A stretch of DNA of 64,000 nt, from positions 128,001 through 192,000 of the forward strand of contig CAWDXG010000003.1 in assembly GCA_963806225.1 (NCBI GenBank), in the 5' to 3' direction. Below, one piece after another: positions 53,274 through 64,000 of this stretch (positions within the stretch are counted from its first letter, which is position 1; every line of letters begins with the position of its first letter). The notes beneath the pieces are model-generated. The model saw only the letters and a list, made by a program, of their open reading frames with translations, searched no databases and was not told the DNA's origin. The stretch is from an uncultured delta proteobacterium (lineage in GTDB: Bacteria; Myxococcota_A; Polyangia; Polyangiales; Polyangiaceae). The translations under genes were made by a program, and so were the position numbers.

Positions 53274-54482
53274 ATGCCGAGCGGTCCCCATCCCAGCGCG
53301 GTGGTCGACGAGCTGTCGAGCCACTCCGAGGCCGAAAGCCTCGCCGACTACGTGCGAGCCGTGTCGCTCGCGGCCGCGCGCGCACGCACGCAGAGCTTCG
53401 GCTCCGAAGCCGGGGCGCTGCCGGAAGTCGACGTCGCTGCGCCCGCGCGCGAAGCAGCGGACACGCCGCTGGGCAACGTACTGACGACACTCGAGCAAGG
53501 CGCCCGCACCACCGAAGAGCGTGCGCTGCTCGGTACGCTGCTGGCCCTGGGAGTCGGACGCGAACTGCCCGGCGCGCCGGAGACGGAGCTGGAGCTCGCC
53601 TCGGCGCTGGTCTGGCTCGCTGCGCACACGCCCGTCGACCCGCTCGCTGCGCTGGACGCGGCGCTGGGCGACAAGGCCGACGCGCTCTGGCACGCCGTGG
53701 CCCGGATCGCGGAAGAGCCCCGCGCCGCAGCCGAGGACTTCGACCTCGCCGAATCCCTGGTCGCCGCCGTGGCCCTCGCCGCCAGCAGCTCCGCGCAGGC
53801 GCACGCGGCCGCGCTGGCGCTTGCCGAGCGCACCACGAGTCCACTGCTGCGCACGCTGCTCGCCGGCGGCCCCCGCGCCGACGCGGACACGCGGCTCAGC
53901 GGCGAGCTGTCGCCCGCACCGCACGGACCGGTGGCCACGACGCTGCTGGCAGTAAGCGGCATCCTGTTCGTGCTGGGCCTCGCGCGCTTGATCGGACGCT
54001 TCGCGCTCGCCTACCGCCGCCCGGCACGTCTCTCGGTGACGCCGCGCGGACTAGAGCTGACGCACCGGACGGAGATGCTCGGACGCGTGCTGCGCGACCG
54101 CGCAACGCTCGTGCCCATGGCCAACCTGGCGCGCGTGACGCGGGAAGTGCGCTTCGCGCGCACCGGACTGTATGCCGGGCTGCTCGCGCTGGTGCTCGGC
54201 AGCTACTTCGGGATGGGTCTGTTCGTGGACGGCCTGCGCGTACCGGGCGGCTCGTTCCCGCTGCTCGGTCTGGCCGTGCTGGTCGTCGTCTTGGGGCTGC
54301 TGATCGATTTCGGTCTGTCGAGCGTAGCCGACAGTGCGCGCGGCCGCTGTCGCGTCGTCGTCGTGCCCCGCAAGGGAGGTAAGCTCTGTATCGGAGAGCT
54401 CGACCCAGACCGCGCCGACGCGATGCTGGCTAGCGTCGCAGCGCGGACGGAATCTGGCCTCGACCGCTCCGCGGTCGCCTAG
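53274..54482 (+). CDS. Hypothetical membrane protein
   Basis: Ala/Leu helical N-part, about 3 TM segments in the C-part, GC3 bias. Confidence 0.75.
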   Translation: MPSGPHPSAVVDELSSHSEAESLADYVRAVSLAAARARTQSFGSEAGALPEVDVAAPAREAADTPLGNVLTTLEQGARTTEERALLGTLLALGVGRELPGAPETELELASALVWLAAHTPVDPLAALDAALGDKADALWHAVARIAEEPRAAAEDFDLAESLVAAVALAASSSAQAHAAALALAERTTSPLLRTLLAGGPRADADTRLSGELSPAPHGPVATTLLAVSGILFVLGLARLIGRFALAYRRPARLSVTPRGLELTHRTEMLGRVLRDRATLVPMANLARVTREVRFARTGLYAGLLALVLGSYFGMGLFVDGLRVPGGSFPLLGLAVLVVVLGLLIDFGLSSVADSARGRCRVVVVPRKGGKLCIGELDPDRADAMLASVAARTESGLDRSAVA

Positions 54483-54508
54483 CCCCTCGATTCTAGCGAA
54501 TCAAGGTC

Positions 54509-55975
54509 CTAGCCCGCGTCGGCCGGCGGCGAAGCGGACGGCACCGGCGGCGAAGCGGACGGCACCGGCGGCGACGGAGCCGAAGCGGGTGCCGACGGCG
54601 CGGCGCTCGACGACGGCGCGGGTACTCCGGCGTCGGCCTTTGCCTTCTGCTGCGCGGCGGCGCGCGCGTTGTCCTGCGCGATCTGCTGCGCCTTCGCCCA
54701 CACCGCCTCGAGCAGCGCGCTGAGCTCCTTCGGCGTCGCACGCACCGTGCCCTCGATGCGCTTGCCGTGCGCCGAGAAGCTCACCGGTTCGATCAGCCTG
54801 AGCTGTTTGTGCCCGAAGAGCGCACCCACGACGCCGAGATTGACCTGCGTAACGGCGTTGATCGACTTCGTCAGGTACTCGGCGTCGCGCGTCGCCGCGT
54901 CGGGCGACGCGTCCTGGGCGATCACGGTCGCGGTCGCGCCGCCATCGGAAGTGGGCGTGATCTCCATGCGCACCCACGCGATCGACCTCGGCACCCGGAA
55001 CCTGATGCCGATAAACGCGCGCCAGGGCGTCTTGACGTAGACAGACAGCGCGACGTTGCCCTTGCCCGGCGGAAAGCGCGTGTGCGGAGAAAGCGAGAGC
55101 GCGGACTTCTCGGCACTGGGCGGCGTCACGACCAGGATGTGCGGCGCGGGCAGCACGAACACGCGTTCGGCGCGGTCGCCGCGGGCGCGCGCCGCCGGCA
55201 CGCCGGCGTCGAGCCAGCCGCCCTCTGCCGTGTCGCGCGCGACCAGCGCGTCCAGCGCCTTCTTCATCCGCTGCCGGCTCGTGTTGTAGCGCAGCACCGC
55301 CACCACGTTGGCCGAGTCGCGCAGCTGGGGCCCGGCGATCAGGATACGGTCGAAGTCATTGATCGGATCGAGCCCGGCGGGGCCGAAGAAGTCATGCCAC
55401 TGATCGACCTGGCCCAGCAGCTTGCCGATCCGCTTGCCGAGCGGATGGTGGCGGATGCGATCGTTGTAGATGATGAGCCGCACGTTCGCGTGCGCGTCGG
55501 CCACATGTCCCGCCGATCCGCTGAGCGCGACCGGATCCCCCAGCGATGCTCCGGTGCCGGCTCGCGCCTTGCCCGCATCGCCCCCCGGCTTGCCCCCATC
55601 CGCTGCGCCCGGCGACGGCGCGCCGGCGTCCTCGGCCCCCGTCACGAGCTCGGACGTCCCGGGCGCCTTCTTGGCCACCGGGGGCGCCGCTTTGGCCGCC
55701 TGCGGAGCCGACTTGGGCTCGTCGCCTTTGGTTCCAGCCGGCCCGGTTCCCTGGTCCTCGAGCAGATCGACCGGAATCGCCGTGATCTTCTCGGTGCTGG
55801 GCGGCAGATCGTCGGCCGGCGCCCGGGCCAAGAGGCCGATCAGGCCCACCAGCGCAGCCAGCGGAGTCAGCGGGGCGTGCAGCACCAACGACAGCAGCAG
55901 CAGCTTCCAGAAGCGGCCGCGGGAGGTCGTGTCCCGCTGGCCACGCCACTGCGTCCTGAATCCCACGGGCAACAA
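54509..55975 (-). CDS. Hypothetical membrane-anchored periplasmic protein with Pro/Ala-rich linkers
   Basis: N-terminal LLLLSLVLH anchor (TonB-like SxxxH), folded central domain, PSAS repeat tail. Start uncertain. Confidence 0.7.
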   Translation of the reverse strand: MLPVGFRTQWRGQRDTTSRGRFWKLLLLSLVLHAPLTPLAALVGLIGLLARAPADDLPPSTEKITAIPVDLLEDQGTGPAGTKGDEPKSAPQAAKAAPPVAKKAPGTSELVTGAEDAGAPSPGAADGGKPGGDAGKARAGTGASLGDPVALSGSAGHVADAHANVRLIIYNDRIRHHPLGKRIGKLLGQVDQWHDFFGPAGLDPINDFDRILIAGPQLRDSANVVAVLRYNTSRQRMKKALDALVARDTAEGGWLDAGVPAARARGDRAERVFVLPAPHILVVTPPSAEKSALSLSPHTRFPPGKGNVALSVYVKTPWRAFIGIRFRVPRSIAWVRMEITPTSDGGATATVIAQDASPDAATRDAEYLTKSINAVTQVNLGVVGALFGHKQLRLIEPVSFSAHGKRIEGTVRATPKELSALLEAVWAKAQQIAQDNARAAAQQKAKADAGVPAPSSSAAPSAPASAPSPPVPSASPPVPSASPPADAG

Positions 55976-56194
55976 GATAGTCCGGCGCCGTGCCGCAGGC
56001 GAACGCGCGCGACAGGCCCTGGCACGGGCCTCGCAGAGGGATCAGCGCGCAGGACTGGCATCGCCCCCGAAGTGCGCCAACCTTCTTCCCCGGTGGCCGG
56101 GGTTCCGGCTTGGCGGCCGGCCCGAGGCCTGCCGAGAAGTGGTGTCCAGCCAGCCGCTATGGCTAGGGTCCCCGAAAACACAGCTCGATCGACA

Positions 56195-57940
56195 ATGCCT
56201 TCCGTTTCCCACCGCACAGCGTTCCGCCGCCTAGGGCTGGCCAGTGCGCTCGCACTCGCCGGCGCCCCTCTCGTCGCGTGCAACCACACGCCGCCGCCCG
56301 GTGCCGATCCCCCGGCGCGCACCAGCGCGCCCATCGCCCAGCAGGGCACGGCGCAGGTCGGCGATCCCACGTTGCCCGAAGAGCTGCAGCCACACGCGGA
56401 CTCGACGCACAAGAAGAACGGCGCAGCCGACGCAGGGAGCGTCGACGCCGAACCGACGTACACGGGTCCGCTGTTCGTCGTCACATCCATCGCCGCCGCG
56501 GTGTACGGCCATCCGAAGTTCGATCGGAAGGACAAGCTTGGCTACATCCGGAACGGCGGCCGCGTTCCGGTGGAAAAGAAGCCCGTGTCCACCGACAACT
56601 GCAGCGGCGGCTGGTACCACGTCCTGAGCGGCGGCTACGTGTGCGGCAACCAGGGCACGACGGATCTGAACCATCCGCAGGTCAAGTTCGCGATCAAACA
56701 GCCGGACCTGACGGCGATCCTGCCCTACCGCTACGCGCGCAACGCGAAGAACGGAACGCCGCTGTACCACTCGGTGCCCTCGCGCGAGCAGATGAACAAG
56801 TACGAGCCCTACCTCAAGAGTGCAAAGAAGGCGCGCGAGAGGAAGAAGGCGCGCGAGGCCGCGCGCCGCCGCGAGCAGGAGGACAGCACGACGGTCGCTG
56901 CTTCGCTCTCCGACGCCGGCGCACCCGAGGAGCGCCAGCACATCAACCAGGCGCTCGCCGACGCCGGCATCTCCGTCGGTATCCAGAACGACGCCGGCGA
57001 TCCCCAGGCCGACAAGCCGTGGTGGCAGCAGGACAATATCAAGGACAAGCTGCACGACATGACGCTCGACCAGCTGAGCGCCGACTCGGACGACGTGCTG
57101 GCGAAGCGCATGGTGGCGGGCTTCTACGTCGCCATCGACAAGACATTCCGCTGGAACGGACGCACCTGGTACAAGACGACGAAGGGGCTCGTGGCGCCCT
57201 CCGATCGCTTCTGGCAGACGGCGGGCTTCGACTTCCACGGCGTGGAGCTCGGCGGCGACTGGAAGCTGCCCATCGCGTGGGTGTTCGGCGGACGCAAGCA
57301 CGCCACGACGTACAACGTCGACGATGACGGCAAGATCACGACTGCGGGCAGCGTCGAGAAGTTCCAGCCCATCCAGCTGACGGGCCGCGAGAAGGAGGTC
57401 CGCGGCCACAAATACGCCGAGCTGGCCGACGGCAGCTGGATCCGCGACCGCTACGTGCGCATCACGCGTCCCGGCCCTCCGCCGAAAGATCTCGCGCCGG
57501 GCGAGCGCTGGATCGACGTGAACCTCGAGGAGCAGAGTCTGGTCGCGTTCGAGGGCGTCACGCCCGTGTACGCGACCCTCGTCTCCAGCGGCCGCCACTC
57601 GAAGATCAAGGACAAGGACCACAGCACGCCGACCGGCGACTACCGCGTCCGGGAGAAGCACATCACGACCACGATGGACGGCGACGGCACCGCAGCGGGC
57701 GACCTGCCGTACAGCATCGAGGACGTGCCCTACGTGATGTACTTCTATCACTCGTACGCCCTGCACGGCGCCTTCTGGCACCGCAACTTCGGCGTCGAGA
57801 TGAGCCACGGCTGCGTGAATCTCGCGCCGCTCGACGCGAAATACCTGTTCTTCTTCGCCGACCCGCCGCTGCCGCGCGGCTTCCACGGCATCTGGGCGTC
57901 GAAAACGCACCCCGGCAGCCGCGTCGTGATCCACAAGTAG
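56195..57940 (+). CDS. L,D-transpeptidase (YkuD) lipoprotein
   Basis: Lipobox LVAC, WIDVNLEEQSL, VSSG, TPTG, ALHGAFWH...SHGCVNL. Confidence 0.92.
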   Translation: MPSVSHRTAFRRLGLASALALAGAPLVACNHTPPPGADPPARTSAPIAQQGTAQVGDPTLPEELQPHADSTHKKNGAADAGSVDAEPTYTGPLFVVTSIAAAVYGHPKFDRKDKLGYIRNGGRVPVEKKPVSTDNCSGGWYHVLSGGYVCGNQGTTDLNHPQVKFAIKQPDLTAILPYRYARNAKNGTPLYHSVPSREQMNKYEPYLKSAKKARERKKAREAARRREQEDSTTVAASLSDAGAPEERQHINQALADAGISVGIQNDAGDPQADKPWWQQDNIKDKLHDMTLDQLSADSDDVLAKRMVAGFYVAIDKTFRWNGRTWYKTTKGLVAPSDRFWQTAGFDFHGVELGGDWKLPIAWVFGGRKHATTYNVDDDGKITTAGSVEKFQPIQLTGREKEVRGHKYAELADGSWIRDRYVRITRPGPPPKDLAPGERWIDVNLEEQSLVAFEGVTPVYATLVSSGRHSKIKDKDHSTPTGDYRVREKHITTTMDGDGTAAGDLPYSIEDVPYVMYFYHSYALHGAFWHRNFGVEMSHGCVNLAPLDAKYLFFFADPPLPRGFHGIWASKTHPGSRVVIHK

Positions 57941-58035
57941 GCAGGTTCGCACGCGCTCGCCGGCTGTTCGGCACCCAGCAACGGCCCGCGCCTTGACGGG
58001 AGCAGCCGGCAGGACCAATAGCCACCTTTGCGAAG

Positions 58036-59064
58036 ATGGATCAGTTCACCGCACACCTCGACAGGGGCTGGGATCTCGTCCAGCGCGGCGACTCGGAAGG
58101 CGCGGAGCTCAGTGCCCGCCGTGCGCTCGAGCTCGACAGCCAGTCACCCGAGGCCTACAACCTGCTCGGCTACGTCGCGGCGCTCCAGGGCGAGTTCGAA
58201 GAAGCCGTGGACAACTACCGGCAGGCGATCGCTCTCGACGACACCTACCTGGAAGCGATGCTGAACGCCGCGGAGGTCTACATCCATCCGCTGGGGGATT
58301 TCGACGAGGCGATCCGCATGTGCGACCACGCGCTCGACCTCGCCGAGAACGACGACGAGGTGATCGACGCGCTGCTGCTCAAGTTCGATGCGCTGCTCGG
58401 GGAGAACAACCTGGAAGAAGCCCAGGCGCTCTGCTCGAAGTTTCCGCCGGGTCCCTGGACGAACCCGAACCACGCGTTCCTCGTGGGCCGCGCGTTCTAC
58501 GAGATCGGTGAGATCGAGCGCGCCGCACCGCTCATCGAGGACGCGGTCCAGAAAACGCCGGGCAATCCCGAAGCCGCCTACTACCTGGGCCTGGTGCGCG
58601 ACGAGCGCGGCGACACGACCGGAGCGACGCAGGCGTTCCTGCGCTCGCGGGAGCTGGACCTCGCGCTCCCCTCGCCCGCCTGGACGCTCACGCCCGATAC
58701 CTTCGCGATGACGGCAAAGAAAGCGCTCGCATCGCTCGACGAATCGCTGCGACGCTACGTGCGCGGGGACGAGCTGTTCGTGTCGGACGTGCCGGGCGTG
58801 GAAGTCGTGGTCGACGGCGTCGATCCGCGCGCGCTGCTGCTGCTCGACGGTCTGGACGCCGAGAGCGGCAGTCCGCCCACGGCTCGCGTCTTCGTCTACC
58901 AGCGCAACGTCGAGCGACTCGCCGGCGCGCTCGAGCTCGTCGAAGGCGAAATCAAGGCGGCGCTGGAGCGCGAGATCACCGCGACCTTCATCGAGACCGA
59001 TCTCGACCGCCTCGCCGCCGCAGCAGCCGCCGCCAACGCCGCCGGCAAGATGCCGCTGAACTAG
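58036..59064 (+). CDS. TPR protein with a degenerate Zincin_1-like C-terminal domain
   Basis: TPR repeats (PEAYNLLG, PEAAYYLG). DPRALLL...VFVYQRNVER...EIKAALEREI lacks HExxH. Confidence 0.75.
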   Translation: MDQFTAHLDRGWDLVQRGDSEGAELSARRALELDSQSPEAYNLLGYVAALQGEFEEAVDNYRQAIALDDTYLEAMLNAAEVYIHPLGDFDEAIRMCDHALDLAENDDEVIDALLLKFDALLGENNLEEAQALCSKFPPGPWTNPNHAFLVGRAFYEIGEIERAAPLIEDAVQKTPGNPEAAYYLGLVRDERGDTTGATQAFLRSRELDLALPSPAWTLTPDTFAMTAKKALASLDESLRRYVRGDELFVSDVPGVEVVVDGVDPRALLLLDGLDAESGSPPTARVFVYQRNVERLAGALELVEGEIKAALEREITATFIETDLDRLAAAAAAANAAGKMPLN

Positions 59065-59075
59065 CGCCGTTTCGC

Positions 59076-59636
<561 letters not shown>

Positions 59637-59686
59637 CGGAGCCACCATAGCACCGAGGCAGGCCGCGATTTCCAGAACAGCCGCGC

Positions 59687-60718
59687 TCAGGCGGCGCGCT
59701 CGGCAAGCTGGAAGGCCACGCCTTCGAGCAACGTGCGCGCTGGACCGGGGACGAGCGCTTCCAGCTCGTCCACGGCGCGGCGGGTCTGCTCGCAGGCGCG
59801 GCGGCGCACCTCGTCGCAGGCGCCGCACTCGACGACCACGCGGCTCACGTGCTCGACCGGCTCGTGATCGCCGGCATGGATTCGCGACAGCGGTCCGATG
59901 AGCTCGGGCACCCGCGCCACCGCCAGGACCAGCGGCAGCGTGAGCTTGCCTTCCGTCAAGTCAGCGAGCAGCGTCTTGCCTGTCTGCTCGCCGGAGTAGT
60001 CGAGCACGTCGTCCACGAGCTGGAAGGCGATACCGAGGCGCTCGCCGAAACAGCCGAGACGCGCCTGGTGGCCTTCGTCGGCACCGGCCATGCGGGCGCC
60101 GGTGCGCGTCGCCCACGCGAACAGCGACGCCGTCTTGCCGCGCAGGATGCGCTCGTACGTCTCCTCCGAAACGTCGAGCTCGGTGCGACCGCGCAGCTGC
60201 AGGATCTCGCCTTCGACCAGCTGGCGCAGCGTAGCGACCAGATCAGGCATCACCTCGGGCGCGTGCGTCAGGGTGCGCGACAGCGAGTGGACCAGTAGCA
60301 GATCGCCGCCCAGCACGCTGATCCCGTTGCCCCACAAGAGCCGGGAAGCCGCTGCGCCGCGGCGCTCGTCGCCTTCGTCGACCACGTCGTCGTGCAGCAG
60401 CGTCGCGGAGTGGACCAGCTCCGCCACGACCGCGAGCTCGCGTGCGACGGACGGAATGGGGCCGAAGCACGCGGCGCTGAGCAGCAGCGCCAGCGGTCGC
60501 ACACGCTTGCCGCCGCGCGCCACTAGATGCCGCGCGGCCTCTGTTGCCGGAGCCGGCCCATCGCCGACGGCCTGCTCGAGCGCCTGCTCCACCCACACCA
60601 GGTCGTCGCCGAGCAGGGACTGCACGGCCGCCAGCCGCGCCTGCAGCCCGTCATCCGCGCCGCGTGCTACCGCAGCGCGCTCCAGCGCACCCACTGCTTC
60701 ATCCGGAGCTAGCGTCAT
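59687..60718 (-). CDS. Long-chain polyprenyl diphosphate synthase (IspB-like)
   Basis: GGKRVRP, ATLLHDDVVD..RRG, KTA, FQLVDDVLD, DLTEGKLTLP. A small residue upstream of the first DDxxD suggests a long chain. Confidence 0.93.
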   Translation of the reverse strand: MTLAPDEAVGALERAAVARGADDGLQARLAAVQSLLGDDLVWVEQALEQAVGDGPAPATEAARHLVARGGKRVRPLALLLSAACFGPIPSVARELAVVAELVHSATLLHDDVVDEGDERRGAAASRLLWGNGISVLGGDLLLVHSLSRTLTHAPEVMPDLVATLRQLVEGEILQLRGRTELDVSEETYERILRGKTASLFAWATRTGARMAGADEGHQARLGCFGERLGIAFQLVDDVLDYSGEQTGKTLLADLTEGKLTLPLVLAVARVPELIGPLSRIHAGDHEPVEHVSRVVVECGACDEVRRRACEQTRRAVDELEALVPGPARTLLEGVAFQLAERAA

Positions 60719-60843
60719 GGCAGGTTTCGTTGGTTTCAAATCCTTGTGAAACCACTATGGTGGAGCCCCCTTCAACGGTCAAGACGTACCACGACGCCGA
60801 CGCCCTGTGGCGGAACCGCGACCGGTGATGTAGAGGCGGAGGC

Positions 60844-61350
60844 ATGGCGGACTCACCTCCCGGCCGGATCGAGCGCGTCCGCCGGCGCGGTCGCAGGGCC
60901 GGAGTCGTGGTGTTCGCGCTGCTGGTGGGCGGCTTCACCGCCGTCTGCTCGACCGAGATTTTCATCCAGGTCTGGGCCCCGGCGACGGTGCCGACCGAGG
61001 TGAGCTGTCAGCAGGGCACCCAGGGCCTGATCCTGGCGGTGCGACGTGCGCGGGGGGCCGCCGCGGCCGAGACCGGCGGCGAACGCGCCATGCTGGACCG
61101 GTTCAGGCGCGCACTGCAGCCCGAATGGTCCCACCGGGCGGCCATCGGAAGGCGCTGCAAGGGGGACCGGGAGGCGCTGAAGGCGCTCGCCGTCATCGAC
61201 GAGCTGCGCTATGCGGAAGAGAGCGCGGTCCGCTACGAGTCAACCGATCTCGCTCGGCGCCGCCGCGAGGTGCAGGCGATCGAGCGCCGGATGTCCAGGG
61301 CGGCCCCGAAGGCATCGGGAGCGGTGGAAAGCCCCGCCCTCCCGCACTAA
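60844..61350 (+). CDS. Single-TM hypothetical protein
   Basis: GGAGG RBS, TM AGVVVFALLVGGF, Cys pair in the helical domain. Confidence 0.7.
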   Translation: MADSPPGRIERVRRRGRRAGVVVFALLVGGFTAVCSTEIFIQVWAPATVPTEVSCQQGTQGLILAVRRARGAAAAETGGERAMLDRFRRALQPEWSHRAAIGRRCKGDREALKALAVIDELRYAEESAVRYESTDLARRRREVQAIERRMSRAAPKASGAVESPALPH

Positions 61351-61406
61351 GCTGCCGCCGCTCCACGCCTGGAAAACCACGTCCCGCGACCGGGAACGAA
61401 AGAGAC

Positions 61407-63212
61407 ATGTCCGAAACCAACTCCGAACCGAGCACCGCACCGCCCACGTTCGACTCGCTCCCCCTGTCCGCGGAGCTGCGCCAGGCGGTCGACGAGCTCG
61501 GCTACACCCACCCCACCCCGGTGCAGCGCGCCGTCTTCGAGCCGGCCATGCGCGGCCGCGATCTGGCGGTGCAGGCGCGTACCGGCACCGGCAAGACCGC
61601 CGCGTTTGGCCTGCCGCTCATCGACGGACTGGTCAAGCAGGGGACCGCCGAGGTCCAGGCGCTGGTCCTGTGCCCCACGCGCGAGCTGGCGCTGCAGGTG
61701 TCCAGGGAGCTCGAGTCGCTCGGCAAGCACCGCGGCGTAAAGGTCGCCGCGGTCTACGGCGGAGCACCTATGCCCCGGCAGGTCCAGCAGATCCAGGACG
61801 GCGCGCAGATCGTCTCCGGCACACCGGGTCGCGTGCTCGACCACCTGCGCCGCGGCACGCTCGACCCCGCGCGCATCCGCACGCTCGTGCTCGACGAGAG
61901 CGACGAGATGCTGTCGATGGGCTTCCTGCCGCAGATCACCGACATCATGAGCTTCCTACCGGAAGCGCGGCAGACGCTGCTGTTCAGCGCCACGCTGCCG
62001 CCGGCCATCCGCCGGGTGGCGGAAACGCGACTCAAGGAGCCCGAGTTCCTCACGCTGAGCGGCGACCAGATCGGTGCGCTGGAGATCGACCATTTCGTGT
62101 ACCTGACGCGCGCTGACAAGGTGGCCGAGCTGGTGCAGGTGATCGAGATCGAGGATCCGGAGAGCGCGATCGTTTTCTGCAACACGCGCGACGACACCAA
62201 GCGGGTGGCAGCGGCGCTCCAGCAGCAGGGTTTCGCAGCCGACTGGCTCAACGCGGATCTGGCGCAGAACGACCGCGAGAAGGTCATGGCGGCGACGCGA
62301 AAGAGCGAGCTGCGCTTCCTTGTGGCGACGGACGTCGCGGCGCGCGGCATCGACATCTCGCATCTGACGCACGTCATCAACTTCGACTTCCCCGAATCGA
62401 CCGAGGCCTACGTGCACCGCACCGGCCGCACCGGTCGCGCCGGCCGCACGGGCACGGCCATCTCGCTCATCACGCCGAGCGACATCGGCAACCTGTACCT
62501 GCTCAGGCTGACCTACAAGATCCGCCCGATCGAGAAACAGCTGCCCAGCCAGCGCGAGCTGAAGACGCGGGCGGAGACGGATCTGGTGGAGATGTTCGCG
62601 GAGGGGTTCGCGAACAAGCCCGTGCATCCCGACGACCTCGCGCTCGCGCGGCGGCTGCTCACGCACGAGCAGTCCGAGGCGATCGTCGCGGGGCTGCTCC
62701 GCGACCACCTCGGCGCGCGCCCGGATGCCGCCGAGGAAGCCACGGCCGCACGCCGGACCAGGGCGCCGCAGGCGGTGGCCGAAGAGGCCCGGCCGGAGCC
62801 GAAACCGGAGCGTCCGCGCAGACGACGCGAAGCGCGCGAGCCGAGCGAGGACAAGCCGCAGAAGGACGACGCGGCCCGCGCCGAACGCCCGCGCCGAGCA
62901 CGCCGCACGAAGAGCAGCTCCGACGACGACGCTGCACAGAACAAGCCCGAGGAGAAGCCGGCGGAAGGCGGCGACGTGGCGGAAGTGTTCGTCAACGTCG
63001 GCAAGAAGGACGGCGCACAGCCCAGCGACTTCGAGGCGCTGCTCGAGCAGGGCGGCGTCACCGCCGACGACACCGACTACGTGCACGTGCGCCAGCGGCA
63101 TTCCTTTGTCGGCGTGCGCCGCGACGCCCTGACGAAAGTGATCGAGACGCTGAACGGCGCGACCATCGCCGGCAAGCAGGCGATCGCCGAGGAAGCGCGC
63201 GCCCGCGCGTAG
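61407..63212 (+). CDS. deaD: DEAD-box RNA helicase with DbpA-type C-terminal domain (DeaD/CsdA-like)
   Basis: Q-motif, TGTGKT, PTRELA, DESD, SAT, ARGID, HRTGRTGRAG, VNVGKKDG. Confidence 0.9.
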   Translation: MSETNSEPSTAPPTFDSLPLSAELRQAVDELGYTHPTPVQRAVFEPAMRGRDLAVQARTGTGKTAAFGLPLIDGLVKQGTAEVQALVLCPTRELALQVSRELESLGKHRGVKVAAVYGGAPMPRQVQQIQDGAQIVSGTPGRVLDHLRRGTLDPARIRTLVLDESDEMLSMGFLPQITDIMSFLPEARQTLLFSATLPPAIRRVAETRLKEPEFLTLSGDQIGALEIDHFVYLTRADKVAELVQVIEIEDPESAIVFCNTRDDTKRVAAALQQQGFAADWLNADLAQNDREKVMAATRKSELRFLVATDVAARGIDISHLTHVINFDFPESTEAYVHRTGRTGRAGRTGTAISLITPSDIGNLYLLRLTYKIRPIEKQLPSQRELKTRAETDLVEMFAEGFANKPVHPDDLALARRLLTHEQSEAIVAGLLRDHLGARPDAAEEATAARRTRAPQAVAEEARPEPKPERPRRRREAREPSEDKPQKDDAARAERPRRARRTKSSSDDDAAQNKPEEKPAEGGDVAEVFVNVGKKDGAQPSDFEALLEQGGVTADDTDYVHVRQRHSFVGVRRDALTKVIETLNGATIAGKQAIAEEARARA

Positions 63213-63374
63213 TCGGTTCCCTCCCCGGGGGCGCAGATCATAACGAACTATCGACGCGGATTCGAGACGCGATCGACCACGCCTGGCGCTTTCGTCGACA
63301 GGCGCAGACAACGCGCGTTTTGCAGCCCGAAAGCGATTGCGCGAAGGCGTGCAGAACGCTACCAAGAATCACGG

Positions 63375-64000
63375 ATGACGCGCGCGAAGCAGCAGAACGT
63401 GGAGCGGTTACTCGCCAACGTGAAGTGGGCGATGGACCACGGCCTCGGCCCACGCGATCTCGTCCCGATGCTCGACAAGCTTGCCGGCCGGGCCGACCCG
63501 GGCAGCGACATCGAGCTCTTCGCGCGGCGCGAGCTGGCGGCGCTGCTCGCCGGCACCCAGCCGTGGCGCGCCGCCCGGCTCTGCCTCGACGTGATCGACA
63601 GCGCGCCCGACGACGCAGAGGCCTGGAGCGTGCTCGGGCTCGCGCATTCGATGCTCGGCAACTACCGCTGCGCCCGGCGCGCCTATCTGCGCGCGCGTTC
63701 GCTGGCCCCGGACTGCGCGGCAACCGCGCACAATCTTGGCCACCTGCTCGACCTGGCCTTCGACAGCCCGCGCGGCGCGCTGCCGCACCTCTTGTCCGCC
63801 TACCGGCTAGCCCCCGGCGAGGTGGAGATCGCCGGCTCCTATGCGCACGCGCTGGTCCGCGTCGGTCGGCTCGCCGATGCCCGCCGCGTGCTGTCGCAGG
63901 CCCTGCCCGACGAGCCCGCCCGCGTGGAAGGGCTGCTCGGCGACTGGCAGGCACGCGCCAGCGCCATCGGCCGGAAGGCTGCGCCCGCCGCCGGGCAGCA
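63375..64000 (+). CDS. TPR protein (3' partial; not in ORF track)
   Basis: Open frame MTRAKQQNVERLL...PDDAEAWSVLGLAHSMLGNY...AHNLGHLL runs off the window. Confidence 0.8.
   Translation, partial: MTRAKQQNVERLLANVKWAMDHGLGPRDLVPMLDKLAGRADPGSDIELFARRELAALLAGTQPWRAARLCLDVIDSAPDDAEAWSVLGLAHSMLGNYRCARRAYLRARSLAPDCAATAHNLGHLLDLAFDSPRGALPHLLSAYRLAPGEVEIAGSYAHALVRVGRLADARRVLSQALPDEPARVEGLLGDWQARASAIGRKAAPAAGQ

Noticed and set aside
50655..53924. 1089-aa minus-strand ORF
   Set aside because: Antisense to the giant surface protein, panD and the next gene, with R/A/G-rich composition and no motifs.
54767..56194. 476-aa N-terminal extension of the L,D-transpeptidase
   Set aside because: Antisense to the 54509-55975 gene. 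The lipoprotein signal places the start at 56159-56195.
61894..61905. DESD instead of DEAD in the helicase
   Set aside because: Still fits the DExD consensus and all other motifs are intact.

Overview
High-GC (about 70% by eye) chromosomal window from a myxobacterium, most likely Polyangia/Sorangiineae-like. The assignment rests on a MYXO-CTERM motif, AgmX/PglI-like, AgmK-like, DUF4388 and TIGR04552-like proteins, an FHA-sigma54 activator, a Ser/Thr kinase and many Gly/Cys-rich lipoproteins. It holds about 53 CDS and 2 tRNAs (Gly-CCC, Lys-TTT). Housekeeping genes include dnaE, gmk, yicC, mtnP, panD, a DeaD-like helicase, a polyprenyl synthase, RluA and an L,D-transpeptidase. No rRNA, CRISPR array, integrase or transposase was seen. 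Seven genes carry small frameshifts that look like long-read indel errors. The best candidate for an undescribed system is a translationally coupled operon at 3303-9086: HTH-REC regulator, PilZ-fused PhcB-like SAM methyltransferase, membrane hybrid double kinase, and REC-kinase. It resembles the Ralstonia phcBSR methyl-ester quorum-sensing cassette with an added c-di-GMP-type input. Other highlights: a Hedgehog-type Hint-domain lipoprotein behind a DUF3570/DUF4266 operon that lacks ApbE; a roughly 1400-aa protein with an internal MYXO-CTERM followed by a second export signal; a RelA-synthetase-like TIGR04552 gene upstream of yicC-gmk; and an unannotated 57-aa membrane ORF behind phased TCCTAC repeats. 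All family calls come from motif recognition by eye; no searches were run.
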